64,000 nt of DNA from Bdellovibrionales bacterium (GCA_965203095.1 OZ241877.1:704001-768000); one strand, 5' to 3'; shown: positions 1-11,192, counted from the stretch's first letter. The notes: generated from the letters alone by a model not told the origin. Made by a program: numbers and translations.

Positions 1-312
1 ATGCTACAAAAGAACAAACAGAAAGGCATTTGCAGAGAACTCGGGAATGGAGATTCTTATATGTTGTATTTGCATAATTATTTTAGGCAGTGGAATTCTC
101 TTTTGGACAACAGGAACAGAATATTTGCCAGACTTTTTTAAAGTCGGTTTAGGTGTTATTTCTGGCCTGTCTATTGGCTCAAAGTTTAAGTTTTCAAAGT
201 AATTGTAAGCACTTTTTATCTTACCCTAAAAAAATAAACCTTAAGTGAGGAGGCTTATAAAGGCTAAACCTAACAAAATTTGAACTTTATTGGGAAAAAC
301 TGGTAAAAAAAT

Positions 313-340
313 TCAACTGCAAGCTCAAAATTACCGATAA
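313..340 (+). promoter_or_regulatory. Putative sigma28 (FliA)-type promoter
   Basis: TCAA-N16-ACCGATAA, 7 nt upstream of ATG 348; resembles the TAAA-N15-GCCGATAA consensus. Confidence 0.35.
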
Positions 341-347
341 AATAAAT

Positions 348-2300
348 ATGGAAACAAACAAAATCAAAGTTCTTGTCCTGGACAACGACCCTCGTTTTTT
401 AGAGATAATGAAAATCAATTTAGAAAACAAAGATTGCTTTGTCCAGTGTGTCTCTGACCCTTTACAAGCAATGTCCCTTCTCATAAACGAGACTTTTCAT
501 ATCGCTCTTATTGACTGTGTCTTAGACTCTGGGCAAACAACAGATCTTATACAGGACATTAACGCCATATTGGGAAATTCTGTTGAAATTATAATGATGA
601 GTGGGATTGTTCCAGAAGGCAGTTTGTCTGACTATGTTGATCAAGGGGGAATCCGTGCCTTCTTGCCCAAACCTATCTCTAACAGAGAACTGGAAGAAAA
701 CCTGAAAAGAATCAAAGAAAAATATATTTATGGGAACACACAAAATATTTTATTTAAACTGTTTGGGGAAACACTTTCGGAAATACAAATCCTTAAATTT
801 TTGACATCCTTAAAAAAAGCTAAGGATTATGAGTTTTTTCTCTGTCTCAATGAGGCCCTGCTTTCAAAATCAAATCTTGTTATCCAATTTCAGATAAACA
901 ATACAAACCACAAAATTTTATGCAATGAGGGCGTAATCATCGATTATGAAAGCAATAACTCAAACGATTTTTTAAACAAACTTTTAGCTAAAAAAATTAT
1001 TGAAGATTCAGACACAAACTCTATTAGAAATCAAACACAAAAGGAGCAGTGTCAAATTTTACTAAAAAAATTTTTAATTAGCCATGGACAAGTTTTAGAA
1101 ACAAAATATGACTTACTGATTGAAACTTTAAAACAAATTGTCCCTGGCATGGATATAAATATAACTGTCCAACTTGGGCAAAATCATCAAGCAAAATCTC
1201 TTCCGCTGTTAAGCCAAAGCGAATTTGCAGACTTAACTTTTCTCCTTTTAAACCAAAAATTCAAAAATCATCTGTATTCTATATTTGATAAAGAGGTTAT
1301 GAAAACCTATTTAATTTTTGAGAAAACCTCTGCCAAGTATCTCCCAGAATCTGAGGCCCTTTTGAGTAGCTTAAAGTCCGGCATGAATATTACAGGAGCT
1401 TATGACAAACACAAAAATGACAAATCCTTCTTTTGTCTTTTTATTTACATTCTATTAAAAGGAAATGTTAAATTATCCGTTAAGGGTGCAAATATGAAGT
1501 ATTATTTTCTCTATGAGAGATATAAAAGTTTTAATAAATTTATTCAAAGGATTGATGAGCCTACAAACTTGTTTATAAAGATGAGCGGGTTCCCTGATGA
1601 ATATCGCATAACACCAGATGAAGTTAAAAAAGCTTATTTTCATTTTTTAAAACATAATCATGTAGATACTCTTCCTCAAGATATTCCAAAAGATTTACAA
1701 AAATCAATCAATTTACTCATTCAAAAAATACAAAGGTTTTATGAGGATATTTGTAATTCTGATTCTAAATTAAGACAAGATAAAAAAGAAAAAAAGGAGA
1801 GAGTGAAACAAGAGATCCTTTTAGCTGAAAAGAGAAAGATTTGTGAAAGATTTTTAGAAGATCACCAATACCAAAAAGCATTTTCTTTAATAAAAACTAT
1901 ACCGGAAAAAACAATGAATGAAGAAATTCACTGGCAAATGCTTTTTTTATGGCTTCATTTTAAAAATAAAGATCGCACAATTGATATAGATCAAAACACA
2001 GTCACTAAATACATGAAAAATATCCAATCCAATGTGAGAGATTTAAATAAAAATAAATTTTATCAGTATATTTTAGGATTATATTATGAAAACAAACAAA
2101 AATGGGAACAAGCTAAACTTTGTTTTGAAAAAACAAAGTTATTAGATCCCTCTTTTCAGCCTTGTTATTCAGCTATTAAAAAAAGCTCTCTTTGGATTTT
2201 GAAAAACAAAAAAAAAGAGCAGTCGTTTATGGATAAACTTCAATCCTTTTCCCTCGATCAAATAAAAAAACATATAAAAAAAAGAAAAAAAGCAGGTTAA
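348..2300 (+). CDS. Response-regulator receiver domain protein with degenerate J-domain-like segment and C-terminal TPR
   Basis: N-terminal REC (VLVLDND, LIDCVL, MSG, LPKP); 'DEVKKAYFHFLKHNHVD' resembles J-domain helix II/HPD; TPR-like 'YILGLYYENKQKWEQAKLCFEKTKLLDPSF'. Confidence 0.7.
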   Translation: METNKIKVLVLDNDPRFLEIMKINLENKDCFVQCVSDPLQAMSLLINETFHIALIDCVLDSGQTTDLIQDINAILGNSVEIIMMSGIVPEGSLSDYVDQGGIRAFLPKPISNRELEENLKRIKEKYIYGNTQNILFKLFGETLSEIQILKFLTSLKKAKDYEFFLCLNEALLSKSNLVIQFQINNTNHKILCNEGVIIDYESNNSNDFLNKLLAKKIIEDSDTNSIRNQTQKEQCQILLKKFLISHGQVLETKYDLLIETLKQIVPGMDINITVQLGQNHQAKSLPLLSQSEFADLTFLLLNQKFKNHLYSIFDKEVMKTYLIFEKTSAKYLPESEALLSSLKSGMNITGAYDKHKNDKSFFCLFIYILLKGNVKLSVKGANMKYYFLYERYKSFNKFIQRIDEPTNLFIKMSGFPDEYRITPDEVKKAYFHFLKHNHVDTLPQDIPKDLQKSINLLIQKIQRFYEDICNSDSKLRQDKKEKKERVKQEILLAEKRKICERFLEDHQYQKAFSLIKTIPEKTMNEEIHWQMLFLWLHFKNKDRTIDIDQNTVTKYMKNIQSNVRDLNKNKFYQYILGLYYENKQKWEQAKLCFEKTKLLDPSFQPCYSAIKKSSLWILKNKKKEQSFMDKLQSFSLDQIKKHIKKRKKAG

Positions 2301-3019
2301 TCCCGACTGGTTAAGTTTAAAACAATTCCATCCTCTATCAATCTTTGAACACTTGCAGGTGGGGGTGAAAAGGGGGCCGAGCTTTCCACAGTTTTTAAAA
2401 CTTTACTATCAAACAGATCGTTTCCAGAAGAGATAAGGATTTGCTTTTCAATAAGCTCTCCTTTGTTATTTATTTTGATTTCAATTTGAGCTGTCAAAAA
2501 CGAATCCATAAGGTGTTGAGGCAAGTTCCAATAAGAGTGAATCTGATTCCTTACAATGTTATTATACATTTCAATTTCTAATAGTTGGCCTTTACTTAAA
2601 TCTTGTCCTTTATCCGCTCCCTCAGATTTCTGGTTGCCTTTTCTTTCCACTGTTTTTTTAGTTTGGTTTTGTTTTTTGCTTTTACTTTTTTTTATTATCT
2701 TTTTGGCTTTAGGCTTCTTTTTGAGTTTTTGTTTTTTAGATTGAGTCAATTTGTTTTCTGGTTTTTTTATTTTTGGCTTAAAGGACGGTTTTTCAACAGT
2801 CTCTTCTTCAAACTCTTCTTTTGGTTGAAAATCGGGAAGAGCTACAGTATCCACACGAATAGACATTGGAGCTATTTTTTGTGGTTTTTTTTCAAAAAAA
2901 AGCTGGATAAAGTTTTTTGATCCTATAAAAAAAAGAATAGCAAAAACATGAAAAACCAAAGAAAGAGCAAAAAACCAAAAGAACTCTGCCCGCTCTTTTT
3001 TTTGAAATGCCTTTTTCAT
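2297..3019 (-). CDS. tolA: TolA/TonB-family energy transducer
   Basis: N-terminal TM with SxxxH (SLVFH), Lys-rich linker, C-terminal TonB/TolA domain (SSGNDLFD..PFSPPP); last gene of the tolQ-tolR operon. Confidence 0.75.
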   Translation of the reverse strand: MKKAFQKKERAEFFWFFALSLVFHVFAILFFIGSKNFIQLFFEKKPQKIAPMSIRVDTVALPDFQPKEEFEEETVEKPSFKPKIKKPENKLTQSKKQKLKKKPKAKKIIKKSKSKKQNQTKKTVERKGNQKSEGADKGQDLSKGQLLEIEMYNNIVRNQIHSYWNLPQHLMDSFLTAQIEIKINNKGELIEKQILISSGNDLFDSKVLKTVESSAPFSPPPASVQRLIEDGIVLNLTSRD

Positions 3020-3027
3020 GCTTTTGT

Positions 3028-3444
3028 TTATTTAGCCACTGTGACAAGATGAACATTCTGAATGCCACTGGATTTAATCTCACCTAATGTTTGAGCCACA
3101 AAACCATAAGGTGTTAATTTGTCCGCTTGCAGATAAACAGCTAACCCCGGCCTGTGCTCAAATAAAGCTTTTAATTTATCAGACAAATGATGAAAGGGGA
3201 TTTGACTATCACCAATATAAATTTGTTTATCTTTTGTGATCTGTAAAATAAAAGGTTCTTTTGAAATAGCAGAACCAGAGGCTTTGGTTTGAGGGAGAGA
3301 AATAGCTATCCCCTGTTTCAGCATAGGGGCTGTAGCCATAAATATAATGAGCAAAACAAGCATGACATCCACAAAAGGAGTCACATTGATTTCGCTAAGC
3401 AGACGCCCTCTTTTCCCCTCTGAAGTGGCCATTGGAGCATTCAT
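3028..3444 (-). CDS. tolR: TolR/ExbD biopolymer transport protein
   Basis: [19 protein letters not shown] motif. Confidence 0.9.
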   Translation of the reverse strand: MNAPMATSEGKRGRLLSEINVTPFVDVMLVLLIIFMATAPMLKQGIAISLPQTKASGSAISKEPFILQITKDKQIYIGDSQIPFHHLSDKLKALFEHRPGLAVYLQADKLTPYGFVAQTLGEIKSSGIQNVHLVTVAK

Positions 3445-4280
3445 ATATCTTTATCCTCATCCTGAAAAAAATTTCTTTTAGCAATATTTAAAAAATCCAC
3501 TATGAAATTATTAAACATCAGATCAAATTTTCGGATTTGAGTTAAAAAGCTATTATAAAAAATAGACGCAGGAATGGCGGCAAATAAGCCAATACCTGTA
3601 GCTAAAAGAGCCTCGGCAATGCCAGGAGCCACCACATTTAAACTGGCTGAACCCATCACTGCAATTTTATTAAAAGAGCTCATAATTCCAAAAACAGTTC
3701 CAAAAAGTCCAATAAATGGACCGCTACCAGCCACAGTGGCTAAAAAGCCCAAGCCATTCTCCATTAAGGATAGCTCGGTTTGGCTGGCTTTTCTTAAAGC
3801 TCTTTGGACATTATCTAAACCTCTTAAAGAGGGAATAGCACTTTGATGAGAATTGTTTTTGACATTTTTTTGCATTTCATTGTAGCCCTCAATAAAAATT
3901 TGAGATAAAGGGCTGGACTCGTTAGAGCGAGCTTTGCCGTAAATATCCTCAAAAGAACCGTCTTTTAAAAAAACATCCTCTAAGGGAATCGTGGATTTTT
4001 TTATCCCTCTAAAGAAAAAATATTTTTGAAAAATAATAGCCCATGAAACCACAGACATGACAATTAAAATCAAAAAAGTGATTTGAACAATCAGGCTGGC
4101 CGACAAAATAGCGGATAAAAAATTCAGACCAGAGGGAGGAGCAGTGTTTTCCATAAGCTCTTCGGAAACAGCAATCCATGGGAACAAAAGGACGACCCCC
4201 TTCAGCCCTTGGCTCCAAAACTTCCAAAAAAAACTTAAAACTTGTGCCAACACAGCTTTTTCTCGGTTGAAAATCCACAT
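3441..4280 (-). CDS. tolQ: TolQ/ExbB proton channel protein (true start may be ATG 4154)
   Basis: [14 protein letters not shown] and [22 protein letters not shown] motifs. Confidence 0.9.
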   Translation of the reverse strand: MWIFNREKAVLAQVLSFFWKFWSQGLKGVVLLFPWIAVSEELMENTAPPSGLNFLSAILSASLIVQITFLILIVMSVVSWAIIFQKYFFFRGIKKSTIPLEDVFLKDGSFEDIYGKARSNESSPLSQIFIEGYNEMQKNVKNNSHQSAIPSLRGLDNVQRALRKASQTELSLMENGLGFLATVAGSGPFIGLFGTVFGIMSSFNKIAVMGSASLNVVAPGIAEALLATGIGLFAAIPASIFYNSFLTQIRKFDLMFNNFIVDFLNIAKRNFFQDEDKDI

Positions 4281-4384
4281 GATGGAAAAGCCACTATGAA
4301 TTTACACAAAATCAGTATAAAATTCAACTAAAAATAAAGCAAGCCCTTTTTGCTTTAAATATCAAAAACTTGTAATATATAAAA

Positions 4385-6505
4385 ATGAGTTATTTTTGGT
4401 TTTTACTATGGCTTATCTCTCCTTTTATAGCGATTAGTGAAAACAACCTGTTAGGCAAAAAGCCTTTTTCCAGCCTTGATAAAGCACAAACTCGCCCTAA
4501 AAAGCAATGGCTTGAACCATCGCACAATACGCACGATAAAGCCCTATCGGATAAAGAGAAGGGGTTTAAGCCGAGCTTAATAAGCCCTCATCAGGTTAAA
4601 AAAGGCTCTGCTTTTTTAGCTGGTATCTATGTTCAAATGCCTCCGGGTTGGCACAGTTATTGGTCTTTTGCTGGAGATTTTGGCCAAGCCCCACAAATTT
4701 TATTCGATCCTTTAGAACATGTTCAATTCCGGCTTTTGCCCTTCCCTACCCCTAAGAGAAAACTTTTCCCCATTAACAAAAAACCGGCTTATAGCTTTGT
4801 TTATGAAAAGGAATTTCTCATCCCTTTTGAGGTTTTTATAGAAGAAAGTTATCCGGACACAAGTCTCCCTCTGGATTTAAACCTCCGTTGGTTTGTTTGT
4901 AAAGATGTTTGTTTCCCTAAAGAAAATAAGCTCACTTTAGATTTAAAAATAGGTTCTTCCTTTAAAACTCATTCAGAAACAAAAAAGATCTTTGATTTTT
5001 ACAAGCCACTATTTCCTCAATCTCTTCATTTAGAAAGCCACTATGTGAATAGGGACTCTTATCAAATTCTTCATTTTGCTTTTAAAGAAAAGGAGATCCA
5101 ATGTGTGGATGTTTTCCCTTTAAAGGCGATGGATTTTTCCACAACTAAGCCAAGCTTTTTGAAGGGACAGCCCTACTCTTGCTCCTTTCAAGTGAAAAAG
5201 TCCCATTCCCCCCCTCCCTACCTTTCCGGGCTATTGCTTTATTCTCAAAAGGGGGAAACTCGCTCCACTTTGTTTCAATCCCACAAAAGGCAAGGCTTAA
5301 TTTTTTGGTTCGCCCTCATGGCTTTTATTGGTGGTTTGCTTTTAAATATTATGCCTTGTGTTTTGCCTATAATCTTCCTCAAGTTTTACAGCATTTTTGA
5401 GTTTAAGAGTTTGCAACCAAAAAAGATTCTCTTTTTAAATTTGAGCTATGTTTTTGGCATATTGTCCTCCTTTTTACTTCTGGCCTTTGTGGTGTTTTTC
5501 TCCAAACAGGCGGGGGAGAGCCTGGGCTGGGGTTTTCATCTTCAATCCCCTGTTTTTGTATTGTTTTTGGCTTTTCTTTTTGTTTTTATGGCTTTTTGTT
5601 TTTTAGATAAAGTGTCTTTCCCCTCTGTAAAAGCTCCTCTTTTGTTTAAAAGCCAGAAGGCATTCCCTCATTTTTTAACTGGTGTTTTATCCACTACATC
5701 AGCTTCCCCTTGCACAGTTCCTTTTATGGCCTCAGCAGTGGGTTTTGCTTTTTCCAGAAGTTATATAGAGGTTTTTGTAATTTTCCTCTTTTTAGGTTTG
5801 GGTTTGAGCACGCCTTATTTGATTCTTTCCTTTTTTCCGGGGTTTTTAAAATATGTCCCCCGGCCTGGGCACTGGACAGAGAAGTTTAAACATTGGCTTT
5901 CCCTCCCTTTGTTTTTGACAGCTCTTTGGCTTATTTGGATTCTTTATTTGCAAGTGGATTTTAAGCTTTTTTTGCTCAGCTTAACTATTTTCCCTCTTCT
6001 TTGGTTGTGGATTTTCCTGCAAAATTTTGTTTCATCTTACCCTACAAAAAGGATCTTAAACTTTATTTTTGCTTTTTTAGCTATAGTTTTTTTTATTGGG
6101 CAAAGCCTTTTTTTTCGTGAAGGGAAAGCTTTAAAGCCTGTGCGACCACCAGCTCAAAAAAGTTTGAACTGGAACGATTTTGAAAAAGAGAAGATTTTAT
6201 TTGACAAACAAACTGGTAAAAATATTTTGGTTGTGTTTGGGGCAGAATGGTGTCTCACCTGCAAGCTCAATGAGAGAATATTTCACTCACAGGAGTTTAA
6301 AAAATGGACTCAAAAAAATCAAATTCATCTTTACTATGGGGATTGGACCAGTCAGAATCCAGAAATGACTCAATTTCTTGAAAGCTATGGCCAGGCAGGG
6401 GTTCCTTTTTATATTTTTTTTCAAGGAGAGGAAAAGTTTTTTATTTTTCCCACTCTTTTGTTTAAAGATTCGTTTTTAAAGGATTTAAAAAGGCTTTCTC
6501 AATAA
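4385..6505 (+). CDS. dsbD: DsbD-family thiol:disulfide interchange protein
   Basis: GWHSYW N-domain with CKDVC, LLNIMPCVLP and SPCTVP TM motifs, C-terminal thioredoxin WCLTCK. Confidence 0.9.
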   Translation: MSYFWFLLWLISPFIAISENNLLGKKPFSSLDKAQTRPKKQWLEPSHNTHDKALSDKEKGFKPSLISPHQVKKGSAFLAGIYVQMPPGWHSYWSFAGDFGQAPQILFDPLEHVQFRLLPFPTPKRKLFPINKKPAYSFVYEKEFLIPFEVFIEESYPDTSLPLDLNLRWFVCKDVCFPKENKLTLDLKIGSSFKTHSETKKIFDFYKPLFPQSLHLESHYVNRDSYQILHFAFKEKEIQCVDVFPLKAMDFSTTKPSFLKGQPYSCSFQVKKSHSPPPYLSGLLLYSQKGETRSTLFQSHKRQGLIFWFALMAFIGGLLLNIMPCVLPIIFLKFYSIFEFKSLQPKKILFLNLSYVFGILSSFLLLAFVVFFSKQAGESLGWGFHLQSPVFVLFLAFLFVFMAFCFLDKVSFPSVKAPLLFKSQKAFPHFLTGVLSTTSASPCTVPFMASAVGFAFSRSYIEVFVIFLFLGLGLSTPYLILSFFPGFLKYVPRPGHWTEKFKHWLSLPLFLTALWLIWILYLQVDFKLFLLSLTIFPLLWLWIFLQNFVSSYPTKRILNFIFAFLAIVFFIGQSLFFREGKALKPVRPPAQKSLNWNDFEKEKILFDKQTGKNILVVFGAEWCLTCKLNERIFHSQEFKKWTQKNQIHLYYGDWTSQNPEMTQFLESYGQAGVPFYIFFQGEEKFFIFPTLLFKDSFLKDLKRLSQ

Positions 6506-6513
6506 TAAATGAT

Positions 6514-7869
6514 ATGGAAAACAGTTTTTATTTATGTCAAAATTGTGCTTGGGAAGGATCTAAGTGGCATGGCCGTTGCCCGCAATGCCAAGCTTGGAAC
6601 ACTGTTGTAGAGGAGTTTAAGCCCCTCAAAGGGGAAGGCAAAAGGCTCAAAGTTTATAACAGGGAAAAGGGGGATAAGCCTCTTCCTTTTTCCGAAATTC
6701 AAGCTCAGTCTCTTGAGCTTTTTTCTTCTGGACTTAAGGAGTTTGACAAAACATTGGGCGGGGGCTTAGCACCGGGAGCTTTTGTTTTGCTTGGCGGATC
6801 TCCCGGTGTGGGCAAAAGCACTCTTTTATTGCAGGTTTGCGGGCATATTGCTAAAAGTCAAAAAAAGGTTTTATATATTTCCGCTGAGGAGAATCCATCT
6901 CAAACGGCTTTGAGAGCTCGCCGGTTAGATATAGATAACTCTCATCTTTTATTTTTTAGCGAAAGCTCTGTGGAGGAAATTTTATTTCAGGCAGAGAGGG
7001 AAAAGCCAAAGCTTTTAATTGTGGATTCTATTCAAACAGTCTATTTAAAAAGTTTAGCTTCTGCTCCAGGAACTGTATCTCAGGTAAGGGAGTGTGCCGG
7101 CCTTTTAATGAGTTATGCCAAAACCCATGGTGTCACCGTAATTATTGTAGGGCATGTGACGAAAGATGGAAGTCTGGCCGGCCCCAGAGTTTTGGAGCAT
7201 CTTGTAGATACTGTGCTCTCTATTGAGGGGGAGAGCGAAAGCCAGTGCCGGATTTTGCGTTCTGGCAAAAATCGTTTCGGCCCAACAAATGAAATAGCTG
7301 TTTTTGAAATGCATGAAGAGGGGCTAAAGGAAGTGGCTAATCCCTCTCAGTTTTTTTTGGGAGAGCGGTTAAAGGATCCCATAGGCTCTGCTGTATTTCC
7401 GGCAGTGAAGGGAAGTCGCCCTTTGCTTTGTGAGATTCAATCCTTGACCACAGTCTCTTATCTCTCTATCCCACGAAGGGCCTGTGTGGGTTTGGATATG
7501 AATCGAATTTATATGTTAGGGGCGGTTTTAGACAAATATATCAATATTGATTTGGGAAAAAGAGATCTGTTTGTCAATCTCACTGGGGGATTAAAAATTA
7601 CGGAGCCGGCCAGTGATTTGGCTGTGGCTGTCTCTATCCTATCCTCTCGCTATAAAAAACCTGTGGATTCAAAAAGCTGTTTTTTTGCTGAAATTGGTTT
7701 GACGGGAGAGTTGAGGTCTTGTCGTTTTGCCTTTGAGAGAGTGAGTGAGGCGGAAAAGATGGGCTTTAAACAAGCTTATTTGCCTAAAAGTTTGGAGTCG
7801 ATTTTTAAAAAAAAGAAGGTCCGCCTCAAACTGAATTTTAAAAGTCATATAGAAGAGTTTAAACCCTGA
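6514..7869 (+). CDS. radA: DNA repair protein RadA/Sms
   Basis: C4 zinc finger, Walker A GSPGVGKST, KNRFG motif, Lon-like C-terminus. Confidence 0.97.
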   Translation: MENSFYLCQNCAWEGSKWHGRCPQCQAWNTVVEEFKPLKGEGKRLKVYNREKGDKPLPFSEIQAQSLELFSSGLKEFDKTLGGGLAPGAFVLLGGSPGVGKSTLLLQVCGHIAKSQKKVLYISAEENPSQTALRARRLDIDNSHLLFFSESSVEEILFQAEREKPKLLIVDSIQTVYLKSLASAPGTVSQVRECAGLLMSYAKTHGVTVIIVGHVTKDGSLAGPRVLEHLVDTVLSIEGESESQCRILRSGKNRFGPTNEIAVFEMHEEGLKEVANPSQFFLGERLKDPIGSAVFPAVKGSRPLLCEIQSLTTVSYLSIPRRACVGLDMNRIYMLGAVLDKYINIDLGKRDLFVNLTGGLKITEPASDLAVAVSILSSRYKKPVDSKSCFFAEIGLTGELRSCRFAFERVSEAEKMGFKQAYLPKSLESIFKKKKVRLKLNFKSHIEEFKP

Positions 7870-7873
7870 GCTT

Positions 7874-8647
7874 TTAATCAAGAAGAGTGAGGATTTCATA
7901 AGGCTCATCCGCATTTTCATCTTTAATTAAAATGGTGTGTTCAAACTGAGCGGAAAGCCCGCCATCTTTTGTCTCATAATATCGGATGTTAGAACCGGGG
8001 ATGGGCAACTCTTTAATATCAGAAGAGTTTTGATTGATCATAGGCTCTACAGTGATACAGCTCCAAGGCTTTAAAATCTCCCCTCGCCCCTTTTTTCCAA
8101 AAGAGGGAACAAAAGGCTCATCGTGAAACTTTTTACCAATGCCATGCCCCCCAATCTCTCGGACGGGGAAAAAACCATTTCTCACAACATACTTTTCTAT
8201 GGCAAAACCAATATCCCCTGTCCTGCCTTTAGGCCGAATGGCTTGAATGCCTTTATGCATAGCGTTAAACGCACTTTTTGTAAGCTTTTTTGCTGAATCG
8301 GAAACCTCCCCCACAAAAAATGTCTTGGAAGTGTCCCCATAAAAACCATCCTTGATACAGGTCACATCCAAATTGACAATATCTCCTGACTTCAAAACTG
8401 AGCTGTCTGGCACACCATGGCAAATACAGCTGTTGACCGATGTGCATATTGATTTAGGAAAGCCCTGATAATTTAAAGGTGCTGGCTTTGCTCCCTGAGA
8501 CAAAATAAAATCATGGCACAATCGATCCAGCTCTTCTGTTTTTACACCGGGGCGGATATATTCCTCAATAAAAACCAAGACCTGTGCCGCTAACTGGCAG
8601 GAAGCCCGCATTAAGGGAATTTCCTCTAAAGACAAAACTTGAGCCAT
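7874..8647 (-). CDS. map: Methionine aminopeptidase type I
   Basis: ICHGVP, DVT..GDTSKT, GHGIG, EPMIN, SAQFEHT motifs. Confidence 0.97.
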   Translation of the reverse strand: MAQVLSLEEIPLMRASCQLAAQVLVFIEEYIRPGVKTEELDRLCHDFILSQGAKPAPLNYQGFPKSICTSVNSCICHGVPDSSVLKSGDIVNLDVTCIKDGFYGDTSKTFFVGEVSDSAKKLTKSAFNAMHKGIQAIRPKGRTGDIGFAIEKYVVRNGFFPVREIGGHGIGKKFHDEPFVPSFGKKGRGEILKPWSCITVEPMINQNSSDIKELPIPGSNIRYYETKDGGLSAQFEHTILIKDENADEPYEILTLLD

Positions 8648-8695
8648 TGTTTTTTACTATTCATAGGGAAAACTGCTCTGTCTCCCTTAACACCA

Positions 8696-8720
8696 AAGAG
8701 ACCCTTAAACAGGGTCTCTT
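8696..8720 (-). terminator. Intrinsic terminator-like hairpin after the SWIB gene
   Basis: Perfect 10-bp stem AAGAGACCCT/AGGGTCTCTT with 5-nt loop. Confidence 0.6.
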
Positions 8721-8748
8721 GTAATGATTTCAACTTACTGGAATAAAC

Positions 8749-9132
8749 TTAGTCTTTTAAATGCCGGTTAAGCCCTTTAGGAAGCTCAAACATACTGACA
8801 CTTTTTTTGCCAGGAAAAAGCTTTCCAAGAGCTGTGCCACCCACATTAATTTGACGGCGATTCTTTTTATCCTGCAATTTATGCTTGCGGATATACTCCC
8901 AAATCTTTTTGGTCGCCTGAGGGCGAGAAATGGAAGAAGAACCCACAATAGCCTTTAGATCGGGCGTAGTCTTAAAGCTCCTCATAAAGGCAGGGTTAGC
9001 TTTTCTCTTTTTCTTTTTCCCTCCTGCTTTTTTCTTTTTAACAACCTTCTTTTTTCGGACTGCTTTTTTCTTTTTAACAACCTTTTTCTTTTTAACTGCT
9101 TTCTTTTTTGTGGTTTTCTTTTTCTTTGCCAT
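8749..9132 (-). CDS. SWIB/MDM2-domain protein with histone-H1-like Lys-rich N-terminal tail
   Basis: SD GGAGGT before ATG 9132; (KKKKVV/AV)n tail; SWIB motif SRPQATKKIWEYIRKHKLQD..VSMFEL. Confidence 0.85.
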   Translation of the reverse strand: MAKKKKTTKKKAVKKKKVVKKKKAVRKKKVVKKKKAGGKKKKRKANPAFMRSFKTTPDLKAIVGSSSISRPQATKKIWEYIRKHKLQDKKNRRQINVGGTALGKLFPGKKSVSMFELPKGLNRHLKD

Positions 9133-9413
9133 ACTATACCTCCGTTGTGATGTGATATGTTCCTTAACGATAAGGCCAAACAAACCAATTTTTCAAACAA
9201 AAAAATAATTTTTTTTAATTTTTTTATTTATCCAAGCTGGCTCAACCCCTAAAAACCAAACCGATCCCTTGCTTTTTGAGTGTTAAAAAAAGAGGGATAA
9301 GGGCCAAAAAACTCATAAATTAAGCTTTTCAGGAAGGTTTACCCCTCTCAATTCACTAAAATTAGCAAGTGCTCTCCTCTGTAAAAAAGGCCCTTCCCTT
9401 CGCCAGCTCAAAA

Positions 9414-9731
9414 TCAAGACTTTAGACTTTTTTTAGCACAGGGGGGAGAGGCGGAGAGCTTTCCCCCTCGCTCTTTAAACTCCTCAGGAGTTAGGGTTTT
9501 CTGTGAGAAGGCATGAATTGAGCCTCTTATCTGATCCGCAATGATATTATGAACCAATCTTTGCCTTTCAATAAGAGTGAGGCCAGTAAATTTTTCTGAA
9601 ACAATGAGAGCACGAAAATGGCTTTCGCTATTTGAGGGGACATTGTGGCGAGGGCTTTCATTGATAACCTCTAAAAAAACAGGCTCCAGCCCTTCCCGCA
9701 GTTGCTCCTCTAAAAGGCTTTGAACTGTCAT
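9414..9731 (-). CDS. bolA: BolA family protein
   Basis: INES..H, SHF..IVSEKF.G..LIERQRLV, IHAF motifs. Confidence 0.9.
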   Translation of the reverse strand: MTVQSLLEEQLREGLEPVFLEVINESPRHNVPSNSESHFRALIVSEKFTGLTLIERQRLVHNIIADQIRGSIHAFSQKTLTPEEFKERGGKLSASPPCAKKSLKS

Positions 9732-9775
9732 ACCCTTTTTTACAGCTATAGGGGAGGGATGTCAAAAACGAAAGC

Positions 9776-10882
9776 TTAAAACAGCTTTTTTTTCGGCTGG
9801 GAGACCTTCTCTTTTTTTAAGTCAGCAATTTCCCTTAAAAGCTCTTCCTCCCTTTTCTTTAACTTTTTAGGCATAGTCAGCTGGACCTCACATACTAAGT
9901 CCCCTCTTTCTGGATCATTTATCCCAGGTAGGCCCTGATGAGGGAGTCGTATTTGAAGGCCATGTGTGGCTCCGGGAGGGATTTTGAGAATCGCATCTCC
10001 CGTAAGCCCTTGGAAAGGCTTTTCCACCCCTAAAAGGGCTTGCAAATAAGTGATAGGGACAAGGGCCTTAAGGTTTTTCCCCTCTTTTGTAAATAGAGGA
10101 TGAGGCTTTAAACGGATTTCTAAATAAAAATCTCCGGGAGTCCCCCCGGCACCTCCTGGCTCTCCTTCACCCTGAAGGCGAAGCCTTGTCCTATTACTGA
10201 CACCTGGGGGAATTTTCACATTCAAAACTCTTTTTTTATGAACCGCCCCTTTGCCGTAACAGTTCCCACAGGGGCTTTCTAAAACAGAACCTTGCCCCTG
10301 GCAAAAAGAGCAAGAACTGGCAAAAGAAAAAAATCCTTTTTGAGATACTGTCTGCCCTCGTCCTCGGCATTGGGGGCATTTTTTCCTCTTTGTTCCGGGG
10401 CGAGCACCGGAACCATTACATATTGAACAAGAGCTATTGCCACGGAAAGATATCTCCTTTTCCGCCCCAGTGAGCACTTCTTTTAGATCTATCTCCACTT
10501 CATGACCGAGATCAGCCCCCTTTCTAACCCTACGAAATCCAGAAGGGGAGAACAAATCCTCAAAACCTCCTAAACCTCCTCCACCAAAAAAATCAGAAGA
10601 GCTAAAAATATCCTTAAATGTCTCAAAAATGTCGCCCACATCTTGAAAGCCTCCTCTCCCATTAAAAGCACCGTGGCCAAAGCGATCGTATTGCTCTCTT
10701 TTTTTGGGATCACTTAGGACTTGATACGCCTCAGAGGCCTCTTTAAACTTTTCCTCTTTGGCCTTATCCCCTTTATTGCGATCGGGATGATATTTAAAAG
10801 CCAGTTTCCTGTAGGCTTTTTTGATTTCATCCTGCCCTGCTCCTTTGGGGACAGACAAAACTTCATAGTAATCTTTGGGCAT
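9776..10882 (-). CDS. dnaJ: Chaperone DnaJ
   Basis: J-domain with HPD, G/F region, four CxxCxGxG repeats; start MPKDYY at 10882 after a GGAGG SD. Confidence 0.97.
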   Translation of the reverse strand: MPKDYYEVLSVPKGAGQDEIKKAYRKLAFKYHPDRNKGDKAKEEKFKEASEAYQVLSDPKKREQYDRFGHGAFNGRGGFQDVGDIFETFKDIFSSSDFFGGGGLGGFEDLFSPSGFRRVRKGADLGHEVEIDLKEVLTGAEKEISFRGNSSCSICNGSGARPGTKRKKCPQCRGRGQTVSQKGFFSFASSCSFCQGQGSVLESPCGNCYGKGAVHKKRVLNVKIPPGVSNRTRLRLQGEGEPGGAGGTPGDFYLEIRLKPHPLFTKEGKNLKALVPITYLQALLGVEKPFQGLTGDAILKIPPGATHGLQIRLPHQGLPGINDPERGDLVCEVQLTMPKKLKKREEELLREIADLKKEKVSQPKKKLF

Positions 10883-11192
10883 AAAAAAACCCTCCAGCAG
10901 TAAAGCCTTCAATAGCAAATAAGAGGTCAAAAACATTAAAAATCAAGCTTTTATTGCTGAGGAACCGCCTTTGGGATCTCTTCTTACAGGCTCTCAGGCT
11001 GTTTTAAGAACTCCCTCCCTTATACCCCCTCAATCTTGGAGGAGGCTTGATCTGTTCAAATTTTAAAAAACAAATCTAATGGATAAGCCTTCACTTGATT
11101 TTAAAAGCCTATAAGTATATGAAAAAGATAGGTAGGGCAAGGTAATAGTGAAATAAATGCCGGCCCACTTGTTGTTGTTCAAAAAAACATTG

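Noticed and set aside
1..340. Short ORFs at the window start, and the many 60-120 aa ORFs antisense to or overlapping confident genes
   Set aside because: No recognisable motifs; they are shadow frames of real genes or of Lys/Phe-rich low-complexity sequence
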